Positions 17,903 to 27,473 of a DNA stretch of 64,000 nucleotides are shown here, piece after piece. Every line of letters begins with the position of its first letter. The first letter of the stretch is position 1. The notes below the pieces were generated by a model that searched no databases, was not told the origin of the DNA, and saw nothing but the letters and a program-made list of their open reading frames with translations. The stretch lies in the NCBI GenBank assembly GCA_028682895.1, contig JAJRAK010000057.1:60516-124515 (forward strand). The letters run 5' to 3'. The position numbers and the translations under genes are program-made. The DNA is from Methanomassiliicoccales archaeon (GTDB lineage: Archaea > Thermoplasmatota > Thermoplasmata > Methanomassiliicoccales > UBA472).

Positions 17903-18559
17903 CTACTTTATGTGGTGGTGGTGGGCCCTGACGGAGGGACGAGCGTTCTCTGCGCCCTTGCCCTTCCAGTGCAATCCACGGCCCTTGCGCCCGGCGGACG
18001 TCTTACCGCGGAAGACCCTGCCCTTGTTGGCGTTGTCACACAGCCAGTTCAGGTTCTTGTCCGCCATGATCGACGGGTGGTGCTTGTCCACCAGGATGAC
18101 CTCGTACCAGACGTGCTTGCCGTCCTCCCCTACCCAGTAGGAGTTGAGGACCTCCATGTTGGGATAGCGCTTGGCGGACCTCTCCTCGGTGATCCTCTTC
18201 AAGCTCTTTCCCATGGTGATCTTGACCATACCCTCACGCTTGGACCTGCGCCCCTTGTAGCCAAAGCGCTTGTGCAGTCCGCCCTTTCGGACGCGGCCGC
18301 GGACGACGATTATGCCCTGCTTTGCCTTGTAGCCAAGAGCGCGGGCACGGTCCAACCGGGTAGGCCTCTCTATGCGGGAAAAGTTCTTCTCCCGCCTCCA
18401 TGTGATGAGCCGCTCCCAGTTCAATGCCTTTACGTAAGAATCATCAGGTCGGTCCCAGGCGTCGGATATGTAAGAGTACATGCTCTTTCCGTTCACTGGT
18501 CTAGGCCCTTCCTCGTTATCTTCAACCTTTTTCTCTACCATTTGTATCACCAGTGCCAC
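17903..18559 (-). CDS. rpl15e: 50S ribosomal protein L15e
   Basis: [12 protein letters not shown]...[27 protein letters not shown]. True start may be the internal M at about 18481. Confidence 0.9.
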   Translation of the reverse strand: MALVIQMVEKKVEDNEEGPRPVNGKSMYSYISDAWDRPDDSYVKALNWERLITWRREKNFSRIERPTRLDRARALGYKAKQGIIVVRGRVRKGGLHKRFGYKGRRSKREGMVKITMGKSLKRITEERSAKRYPNMEVLNSYWVGEDGKHVWYEVILVDKHHPSIMADKNLNWLCDNANKGRVFRGKTSAGRKGRGLHWKGKGAENARPSVRAHHHHIK

Positions 18560-18724
18560 ATATTGCGGCGCTTCGGGATTCGCCCCTTTCGGGGTACAGC
18601 TCCGACGAGACTTCCCGTCTCGTTACGAAAGCCACTGATAATCTAGCCGTATTAAACGGTTTGCATGAAATGCGTCATCCAAATGAGCGCGTCCAGCAGT
18701 TCAAATGATACCCCGCCCCGTTCA

Positions 18725-21160
18725 TCACATGAAATCGTCCAGTGACAATTTCTTGTCCGTCTTCTTCACCTGCTCCAGCTTTATGACGGGCTTCTTCTCC
18801 TCCGGGGGGGAGTAATCGAAGAGGTTCGCCTGCTGGTTCCCGTTCATCAGGTCCTTGTCCCCCCAACCGAACACCTCTGTCGCTCGTGACAGCGTCTGCG
18901 CCAGGCGCTCGGCGTAGTAGCGGTAGTCGGGCGTGTACGTGAACTCTTGGCCGGAGATGTAGGGCTGTATCTCCTGCGGCTTCTTGCGGGAATTGGTGAC
19001 GATCCACGATACCTTCATCCCAGGAACAAAATCGTATCCCATCTCCATCAGCTTCTTGGCCGTCTGCACCGTCGCCTGCGCGTCCGGGTTGGCGTAGTCC
19101 TTGAACGACCGGCATCCTTTCGAGATGATCAGCTTCTCCAACGGGACGTTCCCGGCCAGTATGTTCTGGACGGCACTGCGGGCGGCCTTGACCGCGTCGT
19201 CCGTCTTCCCGTCCATGATGAACTCGAAGATGGTCATGAGCGACTCGGACTGCAGGTCGAAGGCGTCGGTGCGCCGCACCTCGTAGCCACGGATGACCAG
19301 CTCCTCCTTTGGCCATACCATCCTGCCCACGTATCTCTTCTTCTTTCCGTGGGAGAACAACGGTTCCATTATCTTCTCGAACTCCAGGGAGCCGCCCTCC
19401 TTGGAGAAGCGCGCCGCTAGCTCCTTCCCGAACGATAGCGACCCTTCCAGGTCGGAATGGGGCGATTGTACGAAGACCGAGTCAGTGTCGGAGTAGATGA
19501 CGTTGGTCCCTTCATCCTCCAGGGATTTGATTATGCCCTTGGTCGTCTCCCTGGCGAAGGCGGTGATGCTGCCGCCGATGCTGCGGTCGGTGAACCTGTA
19601 GAACGAGGAGGCGAACACCCCGTAGAAGGAGTTCATGAGTATCTTGATGGCACCCTGCAGACCGTCGTAGTAATGTGCCTCCTCGGAGTCCTTGGCCTGC
19701 TTCATGAGCGCCTTGGTCTCGTCTCGGCGGCGCATGAGGTCGGCCAATATCGATGGCAGTATGCCTGGCTGCTGCTCCTTGCTCAGGAAATGCACGCCTA
19801 GGGGGGAGACCACCTCACCGTTGTCGTTGCGGGTGGTGAAGCAGATGTTACGGGCGATGATGAGGCTGGGGTACATGGACTTGAAGTCCAGCACGCACAC
19901 CCAATGGTAGACGCCAGGGGATATCTCGTGCACGTACCCGCCCTCGATCGCCTCCTCATCATCGTCATAGTTGCCTGTCAAGGGCACTGCCACCTGCGGC
20001 GTGTGCCGGTCGGCGGCGCGTATCATTATCGCGTCTATGAGCTGGGACGATCCGCTGTTGAGGACGTCGTCGACAGGCATGCGGGAAACGGCGGCAAGGT
20101 CCATGCCCTTCCGTATGCGACCTACCTTGCCCAGTATCTTTAGGGCTAGCTCTGCATCGCGAGTACAGTATGCCAGCACCTTGTCGCGGTTGTTCGTCCA
20201 CTCCTTGTCGATGGCCCGGGGATCATAATCCTCGCCCACCTTCATCTTCATGTCCACGTCGAGCTTCTCCTCGCCCAGGAGCAGCTTGGAGACAGCGTTC
20301 AACGTCTCCTGCTTTGGTTTTACCTCTATCTTCACTGCCCACCAGGCATCGGTGATCAACCGTCCTGTGCAGCGCCAGAAGCGGTTCATGACACGGCGCG
20401 GGGTGGAGTGGTCCCTACCCCACTTCAGTTCTTCCAGGCCTAGCTTCTTGGCCCTCTCCATCAGGAACGGTATATCGTACCCATCGATGTTGTACCCGGT
20501 TATGACATCCGGGTCCTCCATCTGAAGGACCTTGGTGAAACGCTCGAATATCTCCTTCTCGGTGCCGAATATAGGCTCGCCGCTCCTCATCCCCCCTTCG
20601 TCCTTGATGACGTAGCAGATGGTATAGACTGTCTCGTCCTTGATCGAGTTCTCAATGTCGAAGGAGAGGACCTTCAGCTTGGGCGTGAACGGCGGTATCT
20701 CGGTGAACCCTCGCAGATTGATGGTGATGTCCGTGGTGTATTCGCCCTTGATCTCCTCCCCTCTCGCGGTGAAGCAGGCGGGAAGGTCGTTATCGTAGAT
20801 GAAACGGTGATGGAACGGTATGTCGGCGGCATAGACCTCAAAGCCCCTCTGCCTCAGCTCGTTGCGGTACTGGGGCACGACCCAGGGGAACTTGATCACC
20901 ACCTTGGAACATTTTTGGGTCCGTCCCTTGTTGATCAGGAAGAGATCGACCGGGTCGATGGTGAGAAAATCATCCTTCCCTTGAACGTAAGGAAGGACCT
21001 CTTCGGGGGGCGCGGACACGTGGAAATATGGGCGGAACCCGATCTTGCGCATGGTGATGGAGCGCCCGTCACGGGTCTTGCCGTAAAGCTCGATGATGAT
21101 GTTGTCGTTCTCCCCTCTCGAATAGGAGGCGGTTAGCAGTCTGACGTCCCACTCGCCCAT
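18725..21160 (-). CDS. polB: DNA polymerase, family B
   Basis: 811 aa. Exonuclease motifs (FDIE), polymerase motifs (...YGDTDS...) and KKRY. No intein-sized insertion. Confidence 0.9.
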   Translation of the reverse strand: MGEWDVRLLTASYSRGENDNIIIELYGKTRDGRSITMRKIGFRPYFHVSAPPEEVLPYVQGKDDFLTIDPVDLFLINKGRTQKCSKVVIKFPWVVPQYRNELRQRGFEVYAADIPFHHRFIYDNDLPACFTARGEEIKGEYTTDITINLRGFTEIPPFTPKLKVLSFDIENSIKDETVYTICYVIKDEGGMRSGEPIFGTEKEIFERFTKVLQMEDPDVITGYNIDGYDIPFLMERAKKLGLEELKWGRDHSTPRRVMNRFWRCTGRLITDAWWAVKIEVKPKQETLNAVSKLLLGEEKLDVDMKMKVGEDYDPRAIDKEWTNNRDKVLAYCTRDAELALKILGKVGRIRKGMDLAAVSRMPVDDVLNSGSSQLIDAIMIRAADRHTPQVAVPLTGNYDDDEEAIEGGYVHEISPGVYHWVCVLDFKSMYPSLIIARNICFTTRNDNGEVVSPLGVHFLSKEQQPGILPSILADLMRRRDETKALMKQAKDSEEAHYYDGLQGAIKILMNSFYGVFASSFYRFTDRSIGGSITAFARETTKGIIKSLEDEGTNVIYSDTDSVFVQSPHSDLEGSLSFGKELAARFSKEGGSLEFEKIMEPLFSHGKKKRYVGRMVWPKEELVIRGYEVRRTDAFDLQSESLMTIFEFIMDGKTDDAVKAARSAVQNILAGNVPLEKLIISKGCRSFKDYANPDAQATVQTAKKLMEMGYDFVPGMKVSWIVTNSRKKPQEIQPYISGQEFTYTPDYRYYAERLAQTLSRATEVFGWGDKDLMNGNQQANLFDYSPPEEKKPVIKLEQVKKTDKKLSLDDFM

Positions 21161-21163
21161 CGC

Positions 21164-22354
21164 TTACCTCTTGGCCACTATTGTCATGACGTCCTCGTTC
21201 TCCATTATGTGGTCGTGACCGACGACGCGATGGGTGCGGGCGTTTATGGCCCTGATGAAATTATCACCTAGGTCGGTGTGGACCTTGTAGGCCATGTCCC
21301 TGGCGGTGCTGCCCTTCTTCAGCAGGAACGCATCGGGAAGCACGCGTCCATCGTGATCGGTCAGATGGCCCTCGTCCTCCACAGGATATACGACTATGAG
21401 GTCCAGCAGCTCGAACGCGACCTTCTCCAGACATTTCTGCACGCCCGTGCCTTCATACCTCTGCATGACCTGTGCCATATAGTCGAGCGCCTTCTTCTGG
21501 TTGGCGTTCAGTTTGCTGGGGTCGTTCACCTTGAACTCCTTGTCGCCGGGGGTGTACGATATGAGGCCTGCCTTGACCGCCCTGCGCAGTGCCAGTTCCG
21601 TCTCGGCGCAGGTGGGTATTGTCATATAGCCATCCAGCTCGCTCAGCCTTTTTACCAGGGCGGGATCGGCCACGTCCGCCTTGTTGAGCGCTATCATCAT
21701 GGGCTTGCTCTGGCGGCGTATATGTTGCGCCAGGCGGTACATGTCCTCGTCCTTCCAGTCGATGAGCTTCGGCGGCATGTTGGATTCGCGCAGGGCGGCC
21801 GAGACCTGGGCCTCGGTCACACCGAGACCGGTGAGCCGTTCGTGGATGACCTCCTCGATCTTCGCTCCCTCCAGATGCGCTCCGCGGGCGAACTTGTCGA
21901 ACCCTTTGGCCATTATGCCCTTGATCCACTGGTTTATCTCCCGCTCCAGGAATATCAGGTCCTCCACCGGGTCGTGGCTGCCTGGCTTTACGACGTTCCC
22001 TTCGAAGTCGGAGGAACCGCTGGCATCAACGACGTGGATGAAAGCATCGGCCTGTCGGAGATCGTCCAGGAACTGGTTGCCCAGCCCCTTGCCCTGACAG
22101 GCGTCTGGGACCAGCCCGGCCACGTCCAACAGCTCGATGGGTATGAGGCGGACACCGTTCTCGCAGGCGGAGTTGCGAGGTTGGCATTTGACCTGAAAGT
22201 CGATGTGCGGGCATTTACCGCGCACGAACCCCATGCCCTTGTTGGGCTTGATGGTGGTAAATGGATAGTTCGCTATCTCGGCCGTGGCCATGGTGGCCGC
22301 CGAAAAGAATGTGGATTTGCCGACGTTCGGCTTACCTACTATTCCGATCAACAT
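21164..22354 (-). CDS. Obg-like GTPase, YchF/Ygr210 family, with C-terminal TGS domain
   Basis: GIVGKPNVGKSTFF (G1), DVAGLV (G3), NKAD (G4). About 396 aa, typical of archaeal Ygr210-like GTPases. Confidence 0.8.
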   Translation of the reverse strand: MLIGIVGKPNVGKSTFFSAATMATAEIANYPFTTIKPNKGMGFVRGKCPHIDFQVKCQPRNSACENGVRLIPIELLDVAGLVPDACQGKGLGNQFLDDLRQADAFIHVVDASGSSDFEGNVVKPGSHDPVEDLIFLEREINQWIKGIMAKGFDKFARGAHLEGAKIEEVIHERLTGLGVTEAQVSAALRESNMPPKLIDWKDEDMYRLAQHIRRQSKPMMIALNKADVADPALVKRLSELDGYMTIPTCAETELALRRAVKAGLISYTPGDKEFKVNDPSKLNANQKKALDYMAQVMQRYEGTGVQKCLEKVAFELLDLIVVYPVEDEGHLTDHDGRVLPDAFLLKKGSTARDMAYKVHTDLGDNFIRAINARTHRVVGHDHIMENEDVMTIVAKR

Positions 22355-22499
22355 CTTTCTCAGACCCTCATGTCACTACTTGGTCAAGAGCGTTTCTCAT
22401 TGTTGATTTTTTATGCCTCCTCTACTTATATATAGGGAGTGTACCGAATTCTGATACGACCGAAAGAGAACTGTTCCGATAGATAGGTGATGCCTCGAG

Positions 22500-24644
22500 A
22501 TGATAAAAGTACTGCACGTGGACGATGATGTTCATTTTCTGGACGCGACCAGGGAATATCTGTCCATCCACGATATAGATGTCCACGGAGCCTCCAATGC
22601 GACGGAAGCTATCGAGGAGATAGTAAGTGGCAGGTATGATGCAGTGGTCTCCGATCACCTGAGGCCCAACTTGAACGGGCTGGAATTATTGAAGAGCATG
22701 AGAGAGAAAGGGAATGATATTCCCTTCATCCTTCTTACTGGACGGAGCAGTGAGGACACGGTCATAGCGGCCTTGAACCTCGGCGCCGACCTCTATTTAC
22801 GAAAGGGTGCGGACCCGGGGTCGCAGTTCACTGAACTGGCCAACAATATCAAGGCAATAGTGGAAAAGAGAAAGGCCCTGGACAAGCTCTTCGATGACCA
22901 AGCGTTCTATCAACGTCTCGTAGCGAACCTGCCAGCGGTCGTGACCAGGGTACCTCTTGGCAAGGCGGAGCGGCCGTACATCAGCCCCGGTGTAAAGAAC
23001 GTGATGGGAATTTCACCTGAAGAGGTGATGAACGATCCAGACAGGTATCTCACTGGGGACCTCCGGAGAACGTTCGATGACGTACTCATGAACATTCAAA
23101 AAGGAGAGGACATCCCACCTGTCATCCATCTCACCGTCACCGATGATGAGGGGACAGTGCACTGGATAGAACAGAGACAGATCCTGATCAGGGATGACGG
23201 TGGCAGACCGCAAGCTGTCGAGACGTTCGCCTTCGACGTAACTGACGCCAAGAAACTGGCAGATCATAACTCGTTCCTGTCCAGCATCATATCCAACAGT
23301 CTGAACGAGATCTATCTGCTGAACTATGACACGTACGTATGCGAGTTCGCCAACCAGAAAGCGCTGGACGATCAAGGCTGCGCCTTGGAGGAGCTCGCCG
23401 GAACGCCTTCCTTCTTGGGGGAGCAATTCACGAAGAAGAACATGGACCGGTTCGTTGAGGACCTGCGGACCGGAAAACAGAACATGGTGACCGTGGAGGG
23501 CAGCATCCGCCGGAAGGACGGGAGGTCCCAACCGGTCGAGGTCTATGTTCAGATCACTGAGCCCCTGGGGGAAAAGAAGTTACTGGTCACCGTTTTTGAC
23601 ATCGACAGGATGAAGAGCGTGGAACGAGACCTCCAGAGGACGGAGGTCCTGTTACATAAGTACCTTGAGCTCACACCGACCGCGATCATCATCCTGAACG
23701 GTCAATGGACGCCTACCTATGTGAACGACGCTTTCGCCCGGATCATGGGCCTTTCGAAGGAGCAGACCTATGGGCTCGATTTCGCTGTCATGCGGGACAA
23801 GGTCATTGATCTGGATAATTTCTTGAAGGCGTTCATGTCCTCCGGTAACCAGTATGCATGTGGTGAAGTGAGATTGAGGACCCCGGATGGCCTTAAGATC
23901 CTTTTCGTTTCGGCATCGCAGGTGGATGATGATACATACATCGGGTTCGGGGTCGACATCACGGAGAAGAAGAGGACCGAACAGAACCTGCAGCAGCTGA
24001 ACGAGAAGAGCCATCTGCTGGCCAGCATCACCCGCCATGACATCATGAACCAGGCGACGGTCATGAGGGGCAACCTGGAGCTATTGAAGATCGTTGGCAG
24101 TGTTCCAGAGGACAGGTTGAAAGGCATGAACAACGCCATCAACAAGATCGAACAATATGTGAAGTTCGCCGATTCGTTCTCCAAGACCGGAAGCCTTGAC
24201 CCTAAGTGGTTCGACGTCAAGGATGCCGCCGTCCATTCGTGGCAGACGATAGGAAATAAGGAAGTGAACTTCTCTGTGGATGTTCCGGGCATCGAGATCC
24301 TGGCAGATCCGATCTTCCCGAAGGTGTTCGACAATCTCATCATGAACTCCTTGCTCCACGGGACCGGGATGGGCCGTATCGACCTTGCGATGGAGAGACG
24401 CGGTGAGGGGCTGGTGCTGATCTATTCCGACGATGGACCGGGCATACCTGACGACATTCGGCCGAGGCTCTTCAACAAAGGAGCTGGACGCAATACTGGT
24501 CTGGGCCTCTTCCTGATCAAACAGATACTGCATATCACCGACATCAGCATAGTCGAGAACGGTGAAGATGGCAAGGGCGTGCGCTTTGAGATGACGGTCC
24601 CAGCGGGCTCCTGGCGTCTGAAGTGCGGTTCGGCAAGTGGATGA
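22500..24644 (+). CDS. Hybrid sensor histidine kinase: N-terminal receiver (REC), PAS repeats, HisKA and HATPase_c
   Basis: REC: VLHVDDD...VVSD...LLTG...LRKG. C-terminus: H-box ITRHDIMNQ, N-box LIMNSLLHG, G-boxes DDGPGIP and GLGLFL. Confidence 0.8.
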   Translation: MIKVLHVDDDVHFLDATREYLSIHDIDVHGASNATEAIEEIVSGRYDAVVSDHLRPNLNGLELLKSMREKGNDIPFILLTGRSSEDTVIAALNLGADLYLRKGADPGSQFTELANNIKAIVEKRKALDKLFDDQAFYQRLVANLPAVVTRVPLGKAERPYISPGVKNVMGISPEEVMNDPDRYLTGDLRRTFDDVLMNIQKGEDIPPVIHLTVTDDEGTVHWIEQRQILIRDDGGRPQAVETFAFDVTDAKKLADHNSFLSSIISNSLNEIYLLNYDTYVCEFANQKALDDQGCALEELAGTPSFLGEQFTKKNMDRFVEDLRTGKQNMVTVEGSIRRKDGRSQPVEVYVQITEPLGEKKLLVTVFDIDRMKSVERDLQRTEVLLHKYLELTPTAIIILNGQWTPTYVNDAFARIMGLSKEQTYGLDFAVMRDKVIDLDNFLKAFMSSGNQYACGEVRLRTPDGLKILFVSASQVDDDTYIGFGVDITEKKRTEQNLQQLNEKSHLLASITRHDIMNQATVMRGNLELLKIVGSVPEDRLKGMNNAINKIEQYVKFADSFSKTGSLDPKWFDVKDAAVHSWQTIGNKEVNFSVDVPGIEILADPIFPKVFDNLIMNSLLHGTGMGRIDLAMERRGEGLVLIYSDDGPGIPDDIRPRLFNKGAGRNTGLGLFLIKQILHITDISIVENGEDGKGVRFEMTVPAGSWRLKCGSASG

Positions 24645-25445
24645 TCATCGACCCTTGGGGAAGGCCACGCCTGGCCGCTTGGTAAGGAATGAACCGGGAA
24701 TGTCCCTGACCAACCGCTCCGCTTCCTTGATGGGGATGCCCAGCGACATGATGCTAGGAGGCAACCATTCGTTCCCGGTGGGGTCCGTCGGGCCGATGAT
24801 GACCGCTCCAGGCGGGCAGTTGGCGGCCAATCCGGCCGGATAGGTGATGAACGAAGCGCAGCTGGCGCCCCATGGAGCGATGGCGGATGCGAAGACATCC
24901 TTGGTCCCGAAGTGCTGAAGGCTGAGCAGGTTGCGTATCTGTTCCGCCCCTCCGAACACCAAGACGCTGCGAGGCGTTCCCATGTCATCCACGAAATCAT
25001 GGCAGGGAGTGACGCACAGATACTTACTTGGCGCCCTGATCTTGCCCACGGTCGCCACGCTGTCCTTCACCATCTGCGGGTCGCACTTGAGGTACTCGGC
25101 CTCTCCGTGCCTGTAGGTCGGCGACCCGGTGGAGATGAAGAAGTTCAGCCCTTCGGTCATCTCCATCAGACCGGTCCAGACCTGTCCCCCCGGGCATACA
25201 CCGGTCTTGGCGTCCGCCCCGAGGTACAAAGAACTCTCCTCGCCCCGGGCACAAAGAAAGATCGATTTTGCCAGGCATCTGTCCACCTGACCGAACGGTT
25301 GGCCGTTCTCGGGAACGGTCTCGCTCTCGAACATACATAATGGTTTCAGACCAAGATGCAGCGCCCCCCATAGCGCCTCCCCGATCTCAGGGACAGATAT
25401 CGATCGGTCGTCCATCATCATAACCCGCCTTTGTATGGCGCCCAT
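24645..25445 (-). CDS. DUF169 family protein (COG2043)
   Basis: 266 aa; the Cys-rich conserved pattern is consistent with DUF169. Confidence 0.4.
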   Translation of the reverse strand: MGAIQRRVMMMDDRSISVPEIGEALWGALHLGLKPLCMFESETVPENGQPFGQVDRCLAKSIFLCARGEESSLYLGADAKTGVCPGGQVWTGLMEMTEGLNFFISTGSPTYRHGEAEYLKCDPQMVKDSVATVGKIRAPSKYLCVTPCHDFVDDMGTPRSVLVFGGAEQIRNLLSLQHFGTKDVFASAIAPWGASCASFITYPAGLAANCPPGAVIIGPTDPTGNEWLPPSIMSLGIPIKEAERLVRDIPGSFLTKRPGVAFPKGR

Positions 25446-25478
25446 TACCTGATGGGATAATAAATGTTCACGGGACGA

Positions 25479-26273
25479 TCATCTTTCAAGATCGGTGATG
25501 GCATCGGACAGCTCCCCGATCTCTTCCGGGCTGAGCTCTTCCACGCGATGGTCCAGGTAAGGCAACGCCGTTCTGTCGTCCTTGCCGATCATCTTCTTCA
25601 TCACCAAAGTAGTGCCGATCTTCTTCCGGCGCTGCTGGAAGAGGACGTCCACAAGTTTTAGGAACAGCCTCTCGTCCTTGACCGCGAAGGGAGATGGGCG
25701 AGGGGTGAGCAGCACCACGGTGGAATCGACCTCCGGCTCAGGCCAGAAACGGGAACGGGGAACGTTCTCCAGCATCTCGCATTTCGCCCGGTAGTAGACG
25801 TTCACCGAGAGCCGTGAGTACTCCTTGTCCGCGGAGGTGGCGCACATGCGCTCGGCGAACTCCCTCTGCACCATGACGACCGCCCGCTGAAATCTCATGT
25901 CCAGAAGATGGAAGAGCAGGGGCGATGAGATGCTGTAAGGGACGTTAGAAATGAAAAGGTCGAACGGTGGCGGCTCCACCTCCAGGAAATCGCCCTGGAT
26001 CACGTTCACCTCAGGATACGTATCCTTGATGTAGTTGGCCGCACCGGCCTCCAATTCCACGGCGGTGACATCGTCGGCCTTGCGGACCAATGCCTCCGTC
26101 AGTATCCCGAAGCCGGGGCCGACCTCCAGGACACGGTCCCCAGGAGATATGTCCAGACGATCGACCTCCCTTTCGGCCACGCGGCGGTCGATGAGGTAGT
26201 TCTGCCCTTTGGACTTCGAAGGCCGGACACCGTACCGCTCGAGAAGGGAGCGAAGCTCCGCGACGCTTATCAT
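25479..26273 (-). CDS. rsmA: 16S rRNA (adenine1518/1519-N6)-dimethyltransferase KsgA/Dim1
   Basis: GQNYLID, VLEVGPGFGILTEAL (SAM motif I) and NVPYSISSP (motif IV). Confidence 0.9.
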   Translation of the reverse strand: MISVAELRSLLERYGVRPSKSKGQNYLIDRRVAEREVDRLDISPGDRVLEVGPGFGILTEALVRKADDVTAVELEAGAANYIKDTYPEVNVIQGDFLEVEPPPFDLFISNVPYSISSPLLFHLLDMRFQRAVVMVQREFAERMCATSADKEYSRLSVNVYYRAKCEMLENVPRSRFWPEPEVDSTVVLLTPRPSPFAVKDERLFLKLVDVLFQQRRKKIGTTLVMKKMIGKDDRTALPYLDHRVEELSPEEIGELSDAITDLER

Positions 26274-26274
26274 C

Positions 26275-26823
26275 TTACCGAGAAACGAATATGCGGTATT
26301 TTTGTGTAGGGTCGGCTAGCTCGGACTCGATGCGCTTGGAGACCACCTTGTCGGGATGCTTGAACGTAGGTATCCTGGTGGCGATATCGGCGAAGGATAG
26401 GAACGGACCTTTCTTCCTTTCGTCGATCACGGCCCACATGGTCTTCTTCCCCAGGCCGGGCAGTAGCTCCAGCATGTGGTAGCGGGTGGTGATGGACTGC
26501 GCCTCGTTGAAGAACTGGACGAAGCGGGGCTCGTTCTCCTTCACGACCTCCAGTATGACATACGGAAGCTCGCTCTGCGCTCCGGCGGTCAGCTCTTCGA
26601 ACGCCAGCCGTCTCTTGACGTGCAGTATCTTGTCCCGCTTGTCGATGTCCTTCCCGATGTAGACCGTCTCACCCAGATTGATGATGACGCCGTTCTTGGG
26701 GACCAGCTCGAAAAGCTTGAACTCGGTGGAGCCTAGCGCATACGCTACAGGGTCCTTGTGAAAACCTCTCTCCGAGGGGAGTCCCTGCGGTAGATAGTCT
26801 AGGATATGCGCGTAGTCCTCCAA
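26275..26823 (-). CDS. DUF655 family nucleic-acid-binding protein (ksgA-linked)
   Basis: 182 aa. The conserved archaeal gene order is rpoF-DUF655-ksgA. HhH-like LPGLGKKTMWAVIDERK. Confidence 0.6.
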   Translation of the reverse strand: MEDYAHILDYLPQGLPSERGFHKDPVAYALGSTEFKLFELVPKNGVIINLGETVYIGKDIDKRDKILHVKRRLAFEELTAGAQSELPYVILEVVKENEPRFVQFFNEAQSITTRYHMLELLPGLGKKTMWAVIDERKKGPFLSFADIATRIPTFKHPDKVVSKRIESELADPTQKYRIFVSR

Positions 26824-26835
26824 CTCAACACCAAC

Positions 26836-27162
26836 CTAAAGATAATCATTAACCAGTTTAAGAATTTGCTCCCCCTGCTTCTTGTCGATGACCCTTCTCT
26901 CCTTGGAGAAGATCAGCCTGACATCGTCGAAGTGGGCGGGCATGAGGTCGGTTATCTTGACCGCGACCTGTTCGGAGGTGTTCATCTCGGAGATGAAGTC
27001 CAAAGCAAGCAGCTTCCCCTTCAGCTCCCGCGCCTGCGTGGCGTTGAGCTTAGCGGTCCTAGCGTGCTCCATGGCCAGCTTCTGCTCCGGAGTGAACTCT
27101 CTCGTCTCGGTCTCGAGCATCTCCTTGACCTCGGCCAAGGTGACGTAACGATCAGCGGTCAT
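26836..27162 (-). CDS. rpoF: DNA-directed RNA polymerase subunit F (Rpo4/RpoF)
   Basis: 108 aa. Sits between rpl21e and DUF655-ksgA as in most archaea. Typical Rpb4-like helical protein. Confidence 0.65.
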   Translation of the reverse strand: MTADRYVTLAEVKEMLETETREFTPEQKLAMEHARTAKLNATQARELKGKLLALDFISEMNTSEQVAVKITDLMPAHFDDVRLIFSKERRVIDKKQGEQILKLVNDYL

Positions 27163-27174
27163 TCTAGATCACCA

Positions 27175-27471
27175 TCAGTTCTTGACCTTGCGCATGTGCT
27201 CTGGCCTAGAGATGACGGTCTTGTATTTGTTACCGTCCCGGACGGACAGTACATAGGCGCGTCCCTGGGGGGCCAATACGGTCCCGGTCTTGCCGTGGAA
27301 GCGCAGGTGCGGTGCACCCTTTATGATGCTGGGGTCCAGGTATATGTGGGCCTGTTCGCCCACGTCGAACTGAACAAACTCATGGGTGATGGGGGAAAGT
27401 CCACGAGCCCTGGGGCTCCTCCTCAGAATGTTCCTGCCCTTCCCTCTCTGTCCGTGCGATGCTTTAACCAT
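27175..27471 (-). CDS. rpl21e: 50S ribosomal protein L21e
   Basis: MVKASHGQRGKGRNILRRSPRARGLSPITHEFVQFDVGE...HLRFHGKTGTV. Confidence 0.9.
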   Translation of the reverse strand: MVKASHGQRGKGRNILRRSPRARGLSPITHEFVQFDVGEQAHIYLDPSIIKGAPHLRFHGKTGTVLAPQGRAYVLSVRDGNKYKTVISRPEHMRKVKN

Positions 27472-27473
27472 GT

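Noticed and set aside
18725-21160. Possible intein in polB
   Set aside because: 811 aa is a normal length for archaeal PolB. No Hint or homing-endonuclease block interrupts the YGDTDS region.
21278-22435. 385-aa plus-strand ORF
   Set aside because: Antisense to the Obg/YchF GTPase gene, which has clear G1-G4 motifs. No motifs, and His/Arg-rich low-complexity translation.
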